From the NCBI GenBank assembly GCA_964594455.1, contig CAZQLY010000004.1, forward strand, positions 61,972-125,971: a stretch of 64,000 nt of DNA. The letters are read 5' to 3'. Source of the stretch: an uncultured Gammaproteobacteria bacterium. Its GTDB lineage: Bacteria; Patescibacteriota; Patescibacteriia; JAHIZJ01. A program made the translations under genes and the position numbers. The notes below the pieces were generated by a model. It searched no databases. It saw only the letters and a list, made by a program, of their open reading frames with translations, and was not told the origin of the DNA. Below, piece by piece: positions 1-9,229 of this stretch; position 1 is the first letter of the stretch, and every line of letters begins with the position of its first letter.

Positions 1-193
1 GAGCTAATTCTTTTCTAGCAAAATTATAGAGCGTTTCAGTTGTTTTCAGCTTCTGGTCCATTTTCTGAGCCTGTTTGCTCAGGTTCAATACAAAACTTTC
101 TGGGGCACCCGAATCGATTAGAGATTGCTCAAATTTATTTCTGTCAAAAGACTGATATTCTCCAGAGGCTTTTTTTAATCTCTTTTCTTGCAT
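1..193 (-). CDS. partial CDS at the window edge (N-terminal 64 aa), hypothetical; possibly an ATP-cone-like domain
   Basis: Minus-strand ORF with an ATG at 193 that runs off the window start. Translates as MQEKRLKKASGEYQSFDRNKFEQSLIDSG... No clear RBS. Confidence 0.3.
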   Translation of the reverse strand, partial: MQEKRLKKASGEYQSFDRNKFEQSLIDSGAPESFVLNLSKQAQKMDQKLKTTETLYNFARKELA

Positions 194-273
194 ATATAAG
201 TATAATAGCCTGAAAGAGGATTTTTCACAAGAAAAAAAGACGGTCATGTACATGCCGTCTTGAACGTTTGTTC

Positions 274-618
274 TCATTGCCATTCCTCTTTGGGATAGGC
301 TTGACTGGGGTTAGGAATTCTCCTTGAGCTGTAGATAGAAAACTCTACTCTCAGCACAACCAGTGTGACGATGAAGCTTAAGGCGCCGAAAAGGAGCCAC
401 TTGGGTAGGTGATGCATCACAAAAACGTTCAGAATCACCGCGCCCACCGCTTGCATCACTCCAAAAAGCACCATTGCCAAAATCCGGTCTGTGCCAGCAA
501 TCCCAGAGTAGTAGTAATCGATGCCGTATCTGGTCTGCTTCCGAAGAGTCCGGAAGAAGAACAAGACGCAAACGATAGCCAGCGTTGGTAATGCCAGCAA
601 CACATTCAGTCCTACCAT
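274..618 (-). CDS. small integral membrane protein, hypothetical
   Basis: 114-aa ORF with 3-4 hydrophobic helices. The overlapping 311..694 ORF is low-complexity and reads as spurious. Confidence 0.5.
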   Translation of the reverse strand: MVGLNVLLALPTLAIVCVLFFFRTLRKQTRYGIDYYYSGIAGTDRILAMVLFGVMQAVGAVILNVFVMHHLPKWLLFGALSFIVTLVVLRVEFSIYSSRRIPNPSQAYPKEEWQ

Positions 619-683
619 TATCTTCCTCCAGTGTTAAAAAGAGCTTGTTCTGTCCAAACCTACGGGAGCTTATCAAATACAGG

Positions 684-1550
684 TTATTTGTCAATCATCA
701 ACTCGCAAGCAATACCATCTAAATCACTATCTATCAAATGAATGTCCTGCTGAGTTTTTTCTAAACAACAATCGTATAAGCCTTGAGCTTCCTCTGGGGT
801 GTTAAAGTCACGACAGTCATAGAAGTTGTAATCGCAAAAGCAAGTTGGAGCATCCTCCAATACCTCGGTATCATTCGTAGCCTGATATTCGGCTGTTTCG
901 GCCCGCTCAGGAGTATTTTGTTCCCAGATGCTCAATAACTTTTCATCACAACCGCCCCACAAACCGGCTCTAGATTCACGAGCCTGCTGTTCGGCTTTTA
1001 GCATTTCTTCTTCGTATTTTATATCAGGCGGAACCGTAAAGGCTCTAGCAAAGCCCTGGCTCACCAGTTCTAGGTTAATAAAAGTATTATCAACATAAAC
1101 ATAGCGCAACAGACGGCCATAGCGATCGGTGTCCCTGACATCTTTTATCAATCGAACTTCTTGCCCTTCAACCAATTCTTTATTCTTGGCCGTGGCTTCA
1201 GCCGCGTAGCAATCTGGAGGATTGTGTGTTAATTCGGGAGTGTCCATACCTAGGTACCGCACTGTTTCACCGCTTTCAATTTTAATTGTATCTCCATCAA
1301 CTACCTCAATTACCTTTACTAAATCACCGATGATTGATTTACCAGCCCCATTATTTTGTTCTTCAATATTTACTTCTGATTCATCTTCAATCGAATCAGC
1401 GTCTGAACTGTTGGTGTTTATTTCCGACCAAACTAAAAATAATGCAAAAATGATTAAAAAAACTACATCTCGTTTATTAATCGAGTTAATTTTCACTTTA
1501 GTTTCTAATATTATTGATGAATAAATACACCCGTGCCAACATAAGCCCAA
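684..1550 (-). CDS. secreted thermonuclease (SNase-like) with a C-terminal Excalibur Ca-binding domain
   Basis: N-terminal hydrophobic anchor. SNase motifs VVDGDTIKI...RYLGMDTPE...RLLRYVY. C-terminal DxDxDGxxCE Excalibur motif (DSDLDGIACE). The start may be GTG at about 1496 rather than the ATG at 1550. Confidence 0.8.
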   Translation of the reverse strand: MGLCWHGCIYSSIILETKVKINSINKRDVVFLIIFALFLVWSEINTNSSDADSIEDESEVNIEEQNNGAGKSIIGDLVKVIEVVDGDTIKIESGETVRYLGMDTPELTHNPPDCYAAEATAKNKELVEGQEVRLIKDVRDTDRYGRLLRYVYVDNTFINLELVSQGFARAFTVPPDIKYEEEMLKAEQQARESRAGLWGGCDEKLLSIWEQNTPERAETAEYQATNDTEVLEDAPTCFCDYNFYDCRDFNTPEEAQGLYDCCLEKTQQDIHLIDSDLDGIACELMIDK

Positions 1551-2941
1551 TTATAAAGCCACTCGGCGTTTTCGCGATTAATATTTACGCAGCCGTGGCT
1601 CATCTTGTGTCCCCAATTATTATGCCAATACGCGTAATGTAAATAATAGTTGGTTGTGAAACGTAAATTGAAATCCACATCTTCCAGATCATAATTATCC
1701 GGATGGTCCGGGCCATAGTCCCATTGATAGTCCATTTTATCTATCTTGGCGGAAACCTCATAATCTCCTTCCGGCGTGGGATATTTATCTATGCCAGTGG
1801 AAACTAGGAACGTTCTGACTAATTCACCGTTTTTATAAGCGTACAGCCTTTGTTCGCCGATAACGACATCAACATATTTATAATAATCAGTCCGACCCTG
1901 ATTAGTATCACGACCCGGTGCAGTAACTATTTCCGTCCGGCCATCGGAATCTATGTCACCTACAGCAATGTTAACTCCTCCTCGGAAATCAGATTCATAG
2001 GCGAAGAAGTTCTGGGGCATAACGTGGCCACTAGCTTCAAAGGCTCTGACCTGAGGTCCACCGCCGGCTGCCACCGCCACCAGAAGCTCATCAAAACCAT
2101 CATTATCTATATCACCAGAGGCGACATGAAAACCACTCTGAACCTGTTCTGGCCAGCCTTCAAACATACCGACTATGGTTCGAGCTTCGTTAGCTTTGTA
2201 AGTCTTGACCCTGGATCGGCCAAACCTATAAATAGAAGTAATGATTTCTGATTCTTCTCCTCCATCGACATTGCCCACGGCTACATCAACCCCGCCCTGA
2301 TCCCGTTCAGCAAATGGATATATATCCAGATTTTTCGTTACTCCAAATCTGGTAAAAATTCGCACATGTGGTTGAGCCCCAACCCCCACGCCCGTCACGA
2401 TCTCACCTTTGCTGTCACCATCGACATTGCCACAAGCGACATTTATTCCGCCTCGATAGTCCGGATGATAAGCATAAAAACCAGGCGTGAAAATCGACTC
2501 GCCCAAATAGTTTAAAGTTCTGACATGAGGCCCGCCGCCTGGTCCGGCTCCGGTAACAATTTCGTATATTCCATCATTATTAAGATCACAACTAGCCACC
2601 TTTACCCCACCGCGAAAACTTTCCGGATAGACAAAGAAGCTGGATATTTGAGTTCCATCTTGTTTTAGTACACGAATATTTGGTCCACCACCCGGTCCTG
2701 CTCCGACAATGATTTCGTTGGCCCCGTCACCGTTTACGTCGCCAATGGCCAGAGAAGCACCACCTTTGAAATCTTCGGCATAGGCCAGCCAAGAGTCTTC
2801 TTGATAAAGCTTTTTGCTGTCGTATATTTTTATTTCCGGCGAACGGTAACTTGTCGCTTCAACTTCTGTGCCACTAATAACTAACCCCCCTAGCGTAATA
2901 ATAAATACAAAAAGGCTTATTCTCATAAAATAAATTTTCAA
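1511..2941 (-). CDS. secreted FG-GAP/VCBS-like beta-propeller repeat protein fused to a C-terminal L,D-transpeptidase (YkuD) domain
   Basis: Signal peptide. About 7 repeats of GDxNGDGxxEIVxGxGPGGGPxVRxF. C-terminal YkuD catalytic motif HG...SHGCVNI. Confidence 0.8.
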   Translation of the reverse strand: MKIYFMRISLFVFIITLGGLVISGTEVEATSYRSPEIKIYDSKKLYQEDSWLAYAEDFKGGASLAIGDVNGDGANEIIVGAGPGGGPNIRVLKQDGTQISSFFVYPESFRGGVKVASCDLNNDGIYEIVTGAGPGGGPHVRTLNYLGESIFTPGFYAYHPDYRGGINVACGNVDGDSKGEIVTGVGVGAQPHVRIFTRFGVTKNLDIYPFAERDQGGVDVAVGNVDGGEESEIITSIYRFGRSRVKTYKANEARTIVGMFEGWPEQVQSGFHVASGDIDNDGFDELLVAVAAGGGPQVRAFEASGHVMPQNFFAYESDFRGGVNIAVGDIDSDGRTEIVTAPGRDTNQGRTDYYKYVDVVIGEQRLYAYKNGELVRTFLVSTGIDKYPTPEGDYEVSAKIDKMDYQWDYGPDHPDNYDLEDVDFNLRFTTNYYLHYAYWHNNWGHKMSHGCVNINRENAEWLYNWAYVGTGVFIHQ

Positions 2942-3175
2942 TTATTCTACTTACAGAATAACGTTTTTTAAATATGTAGTAAAGTAATTATAAGCACGTA
3001 AACCTTGTCAACTCGTGGGGGGTCCAGCCCGCTTCGCCGAAGCTTAGCGAGGCAAGGAGGGAAACCTGAGCGCCATAATATATGGTAATTAGTTGCTTTG
3101 TTAATGAGAGAAAATTTTACCCCCGGAGCTTTTGGTCCTTTTGGCTACAAAAGGACATAAAAATATGTAAAAAAA

Positions 3176-3196
3176 GTCTAGCCTTGTCGGCTAGAC
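3176..3196 (-). terminator. rho-independent terminator of the 3191..5245 gene
   Basis: Perfect hairpin gtctagcc-ttgtc-ggctagac followed by a T-run on the minus strand. Confidence 0.5.
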
Positions 3197-5245
3197 ATCC
3201 TCCTGATCACTCTCCTCATCCTCGAGTTCTGGAATCAAAGGAGCGGTAAATGCAATCTTCCCGTCACGAATTTCAAGGCCGAAACCCATCCTCCTGAGAT
3301 CAGCGGCATGGGATCGAATACCTGCCACGTGTTGTTGGCACCACTGAAGTGAGCCGGGTTGCGGCGTAACAGCGGCCTCATCGACATCCGACGAGATTGC
3401 TGGCGCTAAGGCTTCAGATACCGCAGCATCTTCCACTCCAGTCACACCGGAATCCGACCCACCAGAAGCTGGGGAAGGCTCTCCTGGAGAATCTGGACCA
3501 GCAACCGGTGCTTCCGTACCACCTACCCGCATCTTATCTACTGCGCCTTTGGGCCCACCATCAACCTCAGGTGTACCAGACAAGGCCGGCGGAACAGGTG
3601 GAGTGGAGGGACTTGCCGAAGCAGCAGGATCGTCAGGCTTACCAGCTGGGCCAGCTGGAGCCTTTGTCTCTCCAGGCCCTCTCTGGATGTAGCCAGACCC
3701 AACATCCTTGAACTGGATACTGCGTACCACGAACCGGCTAGATCTACTACCAGGAATCCTCTCAGCCCGAATCACAACCTTGGCAAAGACCAGGCTCTGC
3801 ACCCTGTTATGAGCATCTTGAGGCTTTCTAATCCCAGGCTTGTCCTTCAACCAGCTGGCCAGAGCATCAACAACCAGGTCTTGCTCTTTGAGAGCTGGAA
3901 AAAGCTCGAGCAACATACGATAGGTGTCGGCTTGCTGAGCTGAAAGCTCCACGGGTTGGCTGATCACGGGCAATGCCTTATATTCAGACGGGTCAAACAA
4001 CTTTACACCATCAGGCAAGGTCAGGCTGGTTGATGCGTCATCATCTTCACCGCCTTGACTGCCCTGACGAGTGTCGTCTCCAGTGCTCGGACCGGCCGAA
4101 GGCTCTGCAGGAGCTCTCCTGTCCTCGTCTTTTGAACCAGCGGGACGAGAATCAGACTTGCGTGCGAAAGGTACAGGATTCTTCTCCAAGAACTTGCGCA
4201 CTCTATCAGCCGCCGCATCTATGTCTCCATCAAAGGCCTCCAACCCAACAACCAGCTCCTGATAGGCAAGTTCTTCGTAGCAGACAACGATCACCTGATG
4301 TCTTTCACCCCGAACCTCGATTTTGCCCGCTCTGGGACTTGCCAAACGACGGATAATCCCAGGTTGAATTGACTCTACCAGGCCACGGCCGCTCAGCCCG
4401 TTCAAGCGCGAGGCCACCCTTCTGGTCCAGAAAAGGAATCGGTCATCCGACGCTCTAGGGGCAACGACCTCAGCTGTTCCCTCTTCTTGGATTGAGAAGT
4501 CGGGCGGATTACTCCTCAGCTGACCATTCAGTTGTCTGGTCAGAGGAGATATCCTCATTGTCCTCTTGCCCGGCTTGACCTGAAACTTGGCCAGTATTCC
4601 TCGGCCGAAGCAGGTAACTTCAGTATGGTCATCCATACTCTGGATTACCGGGTCCTTGGGTTCCTGAGGGACTGAACGTTGTATGATCTCCGGTCCCTCG
4701 ACTTCACCGACGATGGTAATACTGCTCAGCCAACTCTGCATACCTATGACCATCGCCTGGTCTTCCGGAGACACTTCTTGCGTCCCCGGCGCATCCTTCA
4801 TTACAGCACTGCCACTCATATTGGATCCCTCCTCCCACGGCTCACTGTAGATTGCCGAAGACGCATTGCGGTATAAGCCGCTTAGACAGAAATGTTCACC
4901 TGCTAATGCCAGTGTCAAATCCCAAACCGATGTTCCTCGATCTGGAATTATTCTGAATCGACGGATCGTCTCGTACCCCAACAACACCCCCTGAACAAAG
5001 CCACGCCCTTCAGTGAAACACAGGGTGGCTGCATCAATCGACGGTCTTTGCTGAAAGCCGTCAATTGTTTCGAGAAAATCTACGTTTGGGTACGACCCAA
5101 GCAACTGGACCACTTTTTTGAGAACACGTTCGTCAAGGTTGGCCCCGTCTAGCATATCACCTCCGTGAGTTATTAAAACGTGGACCAACCGATTGTACGG
5201 TTTATGATTGCATATATGAAAAGAACAGAAATCCCTCCTGTTCAA
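3191..5245 (-). CDS. large hypothetical protein (684 aa) with a Pro/Ala/Gly-rich segment; markedly GC-richer than its flanks
   Basis: Long uninterrupted ORF. Rho-independent terminator hairpin at the stop (gtctagcc...ggctagac followed by a T-run). I recognise no domain. Confidence 0.55.
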   Translation of the reverse strand: MNRRDFCSFHICNHKPYNRLVHVLITHGGDMLDGANLDERVLKKVVQLLGSYPNVDFLETIDGFQQRPSIDAATLCFTEGRGFVQGVLLGYETIRRFRIIPDRGTSVWDLTLALAGEHFCLSGLYRNASSAIYSEPWEEGSNMSGSAVMKDAPGTQEVSPEDQAMVIGMQSWLSSITIVGEVEGPEIIQRSVPQEPKDPVIQSMDDHTEVTCFGRGILAKFQVKPGKRTMRISPLTRQLNGQLRSNPPDFSIQEEGTAEVVAPRASDDRFLFWTRRVASRLNGLSGRGLVESIQPGIIRRLASPRAGKIEVRGERHQVIVVCYEELAYQELVVGLEAFDGDIDAAADRVRKFLEKNPVPFARKSDSRPAGSKDEDRRAPAEPSAGPSTGDDTRQGSQGGEDDDASTSLTLPDGVKLFDPSEYKALPVISQPVELSAQQADTYRMLLELFPALKEQDLVVDALASWLKDKPGIRKPQDAHNRVQSLVFAKVVIRAERIPGSRSSRFVVRSIQFKDVGSGYIQRGPGETKAPAGPAGKPDDPAASASPSTPPVPPALSGTPEVDGGPKGAVDKMRVGGTEAPVAGPDSPGEPSPASGGSDSGVTGVEDAAVSEALAPAISSDVDEAAVTPQPGSLQWCQQHVAGIRSHAADLRRMGFGLEIRDGKIAFTAPLIPELEDEESDQEDV

Positions 5246-5407
5246 AAAAAATACGTAAATTGAACAGTGAAATTTTATATTAAAAAAACCATATCGTCAA
5301 ATATGGGCCCCTCATCAAAAAAACTACTTAAATTCCGATGATAAAAACATGAACCACTACCGAATTATAAAATCCGATAGTGACTCATATGAAATATTAA
5401 AATCATT

Positions 5408-5674
5408 CTACTGTACTGGTGGTGGTGTTGTTGGTGGTGCTTCCATTTTTGGCTGAGCAGCAGCTGGTTTGGTCTTTTTGCCCACAGTAACTAAGACATA
5501 CAAGGCTGACAGTCCGACTAAAATATAGATGATCTTTGATAGAACTGATAAATCACCGAAAATTGTGGCTACTAAATCAAATTCAAAAGCTCCATATAAA
5601 CCCCAGTTTAAACCGCCAATAACTATTAAAATCCAAGCGATCCAATCAAGTGCGTTCATTTTCATATTTTTCAC
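5408..5674 (-). CDS. DUF378-family small membrane protein
   Basis: Motif ALDWIAWILIVIGGLNWGLYG is typical of DUF378. Two TM helices. Confidence 0.6.
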   Translation of the reverse strand: MKNMKMNALDWIAWILIVIGGLNWGLYGAFEFDLVATIFGDLSVLSKIIYILVGLSALYVLVTVGKKTKPAAAQPKMEAPPTTPPPVQ

Positions 5675-5829
5675 CTCCTTTCGTCTTTTGGTAGAAGTTA
5701 TTTTCTGATTATATTATACCATGAAAAAATTAAGTTATTAACACTTAATAATTCATTGACAGTTAGCCAAATTTTTGATAATAATACCAAGTCGTTCATT
5801 TTTTATTCTTTTCAGGAAGGAAAAGACCA

Positions 5830-6057
5830 ATGGCAAAAAAATCAGTTAATGTGCTCTGGACCGCGCCCAAAGGTAAGGGTGGGAAACCGCGCGCCAAACG
5901 TATTCAGGTTGCACACGACACTGTGTGGCCTACAGTCGAGATTCGAAGGACCAAATCAGGCACCACTCTGGTCAACCCACGCGGCTGCAGTCTGGTTCTC
6001 ATGCCCAACATGATCCCTCAACCCAGTTCGGTTGATGGAATCCGTCTTTCAAGATAA
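5830..6057 (+). CDS. hypothetical small basic protein
   Basis: RBS aggaagg 9 nt upstream. Bidirectional terminator hairpins at 6060-6130. GC-rich. Confidence 0.45.
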   Translation: MAKKSVNVLWTAPKGKGGKPRAKRIQVAHDTVWPTVEIRRTKSGTTLVNPRGCSLVLMPNMIPQPSSVDGIRLSR

Positions 6058-6151
6058 GCGTTTGATCAGCTCAAAGCGCTTTTTTTATATAAAAAAAAGA
6101 GGCCGACGACTCGTGTAGAATCGTCGGCCATAATGCGTTGAAAGTGCGGGA

Positions 6152-6447
6152 CTAGACCGTGGCGGTTGCGGGTTGGACCGGGTAGAACTGGCCGATCTCG
6201 TGGCCCTGCTGGCAGATGTCGTCACCGTCGCCGATCTGCGAGTGGCAGATGGAGCAACGGCTGCCACCTTCCTGCTGACACTTGACGACTTCCTTTATCC
6301 GGTTCAACCATCCCTCGCCGGTGGTCCAGCAATACGTATGGCCGACCTGGTGGCCTCTGGCGCAGACGCCGCTGGTGATCTCGGTGTTGCAGATGTCGCA
6401 ATGTCTTCCGGCCGTGCACGCACATACTTCAGTATGACCCATACTCA
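6152..6447 (-). CDS. Cys/His-rich small protein with an internal tandem duplication; putative metal binder
   Basis: RBS aggggggttgatc-ATG. 14 Cys and 7 His in 98 aa. Two copies of CxxC...C..GHxxG[HQ]xY. Terminator downstream. GC-rich. Confidence 0.5.
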
Positions 6448-6565
6448 TGATCAACCCCCCTATAGTTTCTGTCCGTGAAATGAACCAATCCCCATGGTTC
6501 GTTGCCCGCATTATATAGCAAAAAAAGGCTTTTGTCAAGCCTCACTGTTTCACCAACTAGAATTT

Positions 6566-7780
6566 TTATTCTTTAAACAGAACTCCTTCCTTCTGATAAA
6601 CCTGGCTGGCAATATAAATTGCTATCACGGAAAAAACGGCAAGCGATATTAAGGTAACAAGTATGTGTCCCAAGTCGTAAGTGCCTATCAATATCTCCTT
6701 GAAAAGCAAAACTGAGTTGACTGCCGGTAAAGCAAAAAACCAAAGCGCTGGCTCAAACCCGGGCAAAGAGTTTAGGATTGATACGGGCAATATGACCACT
6801 AGATATGATGGCCCGATATAACTCTGAGCTTCTTTGTAACTTTTTGCAAAAATTGCGATTGATAGAATCACGGCAGAGAACATTAACACCATTAAAACAC
6901 TCACAACAAACATCACAAATAGCGCCATTGGTTCGATAGAAAAGTCAGCACTGATTCCCAGGGCGCTAGTGGCGCCTCCATCTTCGCTTAAACCAAACGT
7001 GCCAAAGTATTTAACGGCAAAATACATGCTGGTTAACGAGACAACAACTGATATCAAAGCTGACGTGGCTACTGCAAAATATTTACCAAATACGATTTCT
7101 ATTCTTCTGGCTGGAGTAAGTAATAATGATTCTAAGGTTTTGCGCTCTTTTTCTCCAGCAGAGATGTCAGTAGCAATATACTGGCCACCAACAATAGACC
7201 ACATTACAATGAACAGCGGCAAGATAAATCCTAATCCAAAGCCTCCCAATTCCTTTTCAGTCGCTAATTCCTCTTCGTTAATCAAGACTGTCGATAAAAT
7301 TTTCTGATTAACATCTTCATTAACCAACCGGCTATTTATTAATTGCTGGTTATACTGCGCCACAATAACCTTTATACGATTAACCGCATAACTGGATTTT
7401 TCATTGACTGAGTGCTTAATTATCTTGATATCCACCGTTTGATAGGAATTTATTTTACTTTGATAATCTTTTGGTAAAACTAAACCGGCATCGACGCTTC
7501 TATCTTTAACGGCTTCATTTAAATTACCATCTACTTGAACCAAATCAATTGTTTCATTTTGATTGATTAGTTGGGCTAAATCAATTTCAGTACCATAAAC
7601 TATTCCAACTTTAACGGTCTGCTCCTCAGCTTTTTTAATCTGGGACTCAACTAACACAGACATGCCGATGACTATTATTGGCATAAGAATGATGGGCAAT
7701 ATAATCATTGCCATCAGCGTGCGCTTATCACGAATAGCGTCCATTAACTCCTTCTTCCAGATTGTGATTATATTGTTCAC
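6566..7780 (-). CDS. natB: ABC-2 family transporter permease (NatB-like)
   Basis: N-terminal TM helix, large extracytoplasmic domain, and a C-terminal 5-TM bundle. 4-bp overlap with the upstream ATPase gene. Confidence 0.8.
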   Translation of the reverse strand: MNNIITIWKKELMDAIRDKRTLMAMIILPIILMPIIVIGMSVLVESQIKKAEEQTVKVGIVYGTEIDLAQLINQNETIDLVQVDGNLNEAVKDRSVDAGLVLPKDYQSKINSYQTVDIKIIKHSVNEKSSYAVNRIKVIVAQYNQQLINSRLVNEDVNQKILSTVLINEEELATEKELGGFGLGFILPLFIVMWSIVGGQYIATDISAGEKERKTLESLLLTPARRIEIVFGKYFAVATSALISVVVSLTSMYFAVKYFGTFGLSEDGGATSALGISADFSIEPMALFVMFVVSVLMVLMFSAVILSIAIFAKSYKEAQSYIGPSYLVVILPVSILNSLPGFEPALWFFALPAVNSVLLFKEILIGTYDLGHILVTLISLAVFSVIAIYIASQVYQKEGVLFKE

Positions 7781-8745
7781 TTTTTCCCTTCTCCTTTTTC
7801 TGTAAAAAAGTATTTTCCGACAAACGAAACAACGATACCCAGAACGATCATGATGTAAAAAGCTGCCTGGCTGATTTCTAAAACGCTCAACAAAAATCCT
7901 ATTGCTATCAAAGCGATTCCACCGATTCTAAATATCCAGCTCATTTTCTTCGGGCTTATTTTTTTGACTGAAGTTTTTTCCCTTTCAACTTGGGTGCGTA
8001 TAGAATCATTGCGTCCTTGTACCAGTTTTACAAAAGCTTCTTCCAAATCATGGGCTTGAGCTTTTTCCTTGATCGCTTCAATAGTATCAACTGTGATAAT
8101 TTTACCTTGGTGTATAATAGCTACTCGATCGCAAAGTTTCTCCGCATCATTCATTTCGTGAGTGGAGAGAATAACGAGCTTGCCGTCTGTTTTTTCCTTT
8201 TGCATAAAACGCATGACTGTCTGAGAAGCTAAAACGTCCAGGCCAGCTGTCGGCTCATCAAAGATAATTACTTTTGGATTGTGAATTACTGACCGGGCAA
8301 TTGCCAGTTTTTGTTTCATGCCGGTGGAATACTTGCTGGTCCGGCGATCAATAAAATCATTCATATCCAAAAGCTGGGACACTTTTTCAATCCTGTCCTC
8401 CAATAAATTAGCATCTAAGTCGTTTAATCTCCCATAATACCTGAGGTTTTCTCGACCACTTAACCGTTCATAAACGCCAATATCAGTAGTTAAAACACCG
8501 ATATTTCTTCTGACTTTCTCGGGTTGTTTTTTTATATCAAATCCGGCCACCGAGGCTGTTCCTGCTGTAGCATTTAAGGTTGTAGCAATTACCCGTATGG
8601 TAGTTGTCTTACCAGCACCGTTCGGCCCCAATAAACCAAAAATTTCTCCGGGGTTGGCTTCGAAGCTAACATTATCAACAGCATTAAATCCGTTATATGA
8701 TTTCGATAAATTTTCTACCTTTAGTAGGCTCTGCATATTATGCAT
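7777..8745 (-). CDS. natA: ABC transporter ATP-binding protein (NatA-like) with a C-terminal TM extension
   Basis: Walker A GPNGAGKTT. Signature YSTGMKQKL. Walker B IIFDEPTAGLD. Confidence 0.85.
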   Translation of the reverse strand: MHNMQSLLKVENLSKSYNGFNAVDNVSFEANPGEIFGLLGPNGAGKTTTIRVIATTLNATAGTASVAGFDIKKQPEKVRRNIGVLTTDIGVYERLSGRENLRYYGRLNDLDANLLEDRIEKVSQLLDMNDFIDRRTSKYSTGMKQKLAIARSVIHNPKVIIFDEPTAGLDVLASQTVMRFMQKEKTDGKLVILSTHEMNDAEKLCDRVAIIHQGKIITVDTIEAIKEKAQAHDLEEAFVKLVQGRNDSIRTQVEREKTSVKKISPKKMSWIFRIGGIALIAIGFLLSVLEISQAAFYIMIVLGIVVSFVGKYFFTEKGEGKK

Positions 8746-8857
8746 TATATATCAAAAAACCCTTCTAAACAATTGACAGCCATTAAAATTAATATTAAGA
8801 TAACCAGCTCATTTCCGTTATTGGTAACAACCTTTTAACAAGTCGAAGGGGGGCAGC

Positions 8858-9109
8858 TTGGGAAGACAAGAGTCTTATAAGTTTCCACATGGTTTCAAGG
8901 TCATCGTTGATCGGAGACCGCGCCGATCTGGCCAGGGCTGCAGTCATTGCACAAGGTTCATTACCAAGGATCAGCCACTACACCGGATCACCAGAGATGG
9001 AAAACCGGTAGCTAACGTCTGCTCTGAACAATGTTCTCATGGCAAGGTTCATATCCTGACTCCGAGGAAGCCTGTCAAAAAGCGATACCGGGAAAAAGCC
9101 ACGGCTTGA
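8858..9109 (+). CDS. hypothetical protein
   Basis: ORF followed by a terminator hairpin (ccactgt...acagtgg plus a T-run). GC-rich. Confidence 0.35.
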   Translation: MGRQESYKFPHGFKVIVDRRPRRSGQGCSHCTRFITKDQPLHRITRDGKPVANVCSEQCSHGKVHILTPRKPVKKRYREKATA

Positions 9110-9229
9110 TCCTGATTTCTCTTCCACCACTGTACTCACACAGTGGTTTTTTTATTTGACAAAGAGGTTTTTTCAACTAAGCTCTTAGGCTGTTCTTTTA
9201 CTGTCATGGTTCAAAAAAAAGGAGGGGTA

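Noticed and set aside
311-694. ORF 311..694 (-) and ORF 409..591 (+), overlapping the 274..618 membrane protein
   Set aside because: Low-complexity overlapping frames of the hydrophobic membrane-protein gene, with no motifs.
3030-3056. Recurring cgaagctt(t)agcga(a/g)g motif at 3030-3056, 55935-55965 and partially at 13250-13290
   Set aside because: The matches are short and imperfect and could arise by chance in hairpin contexts. This is not enough to call a repeat family.
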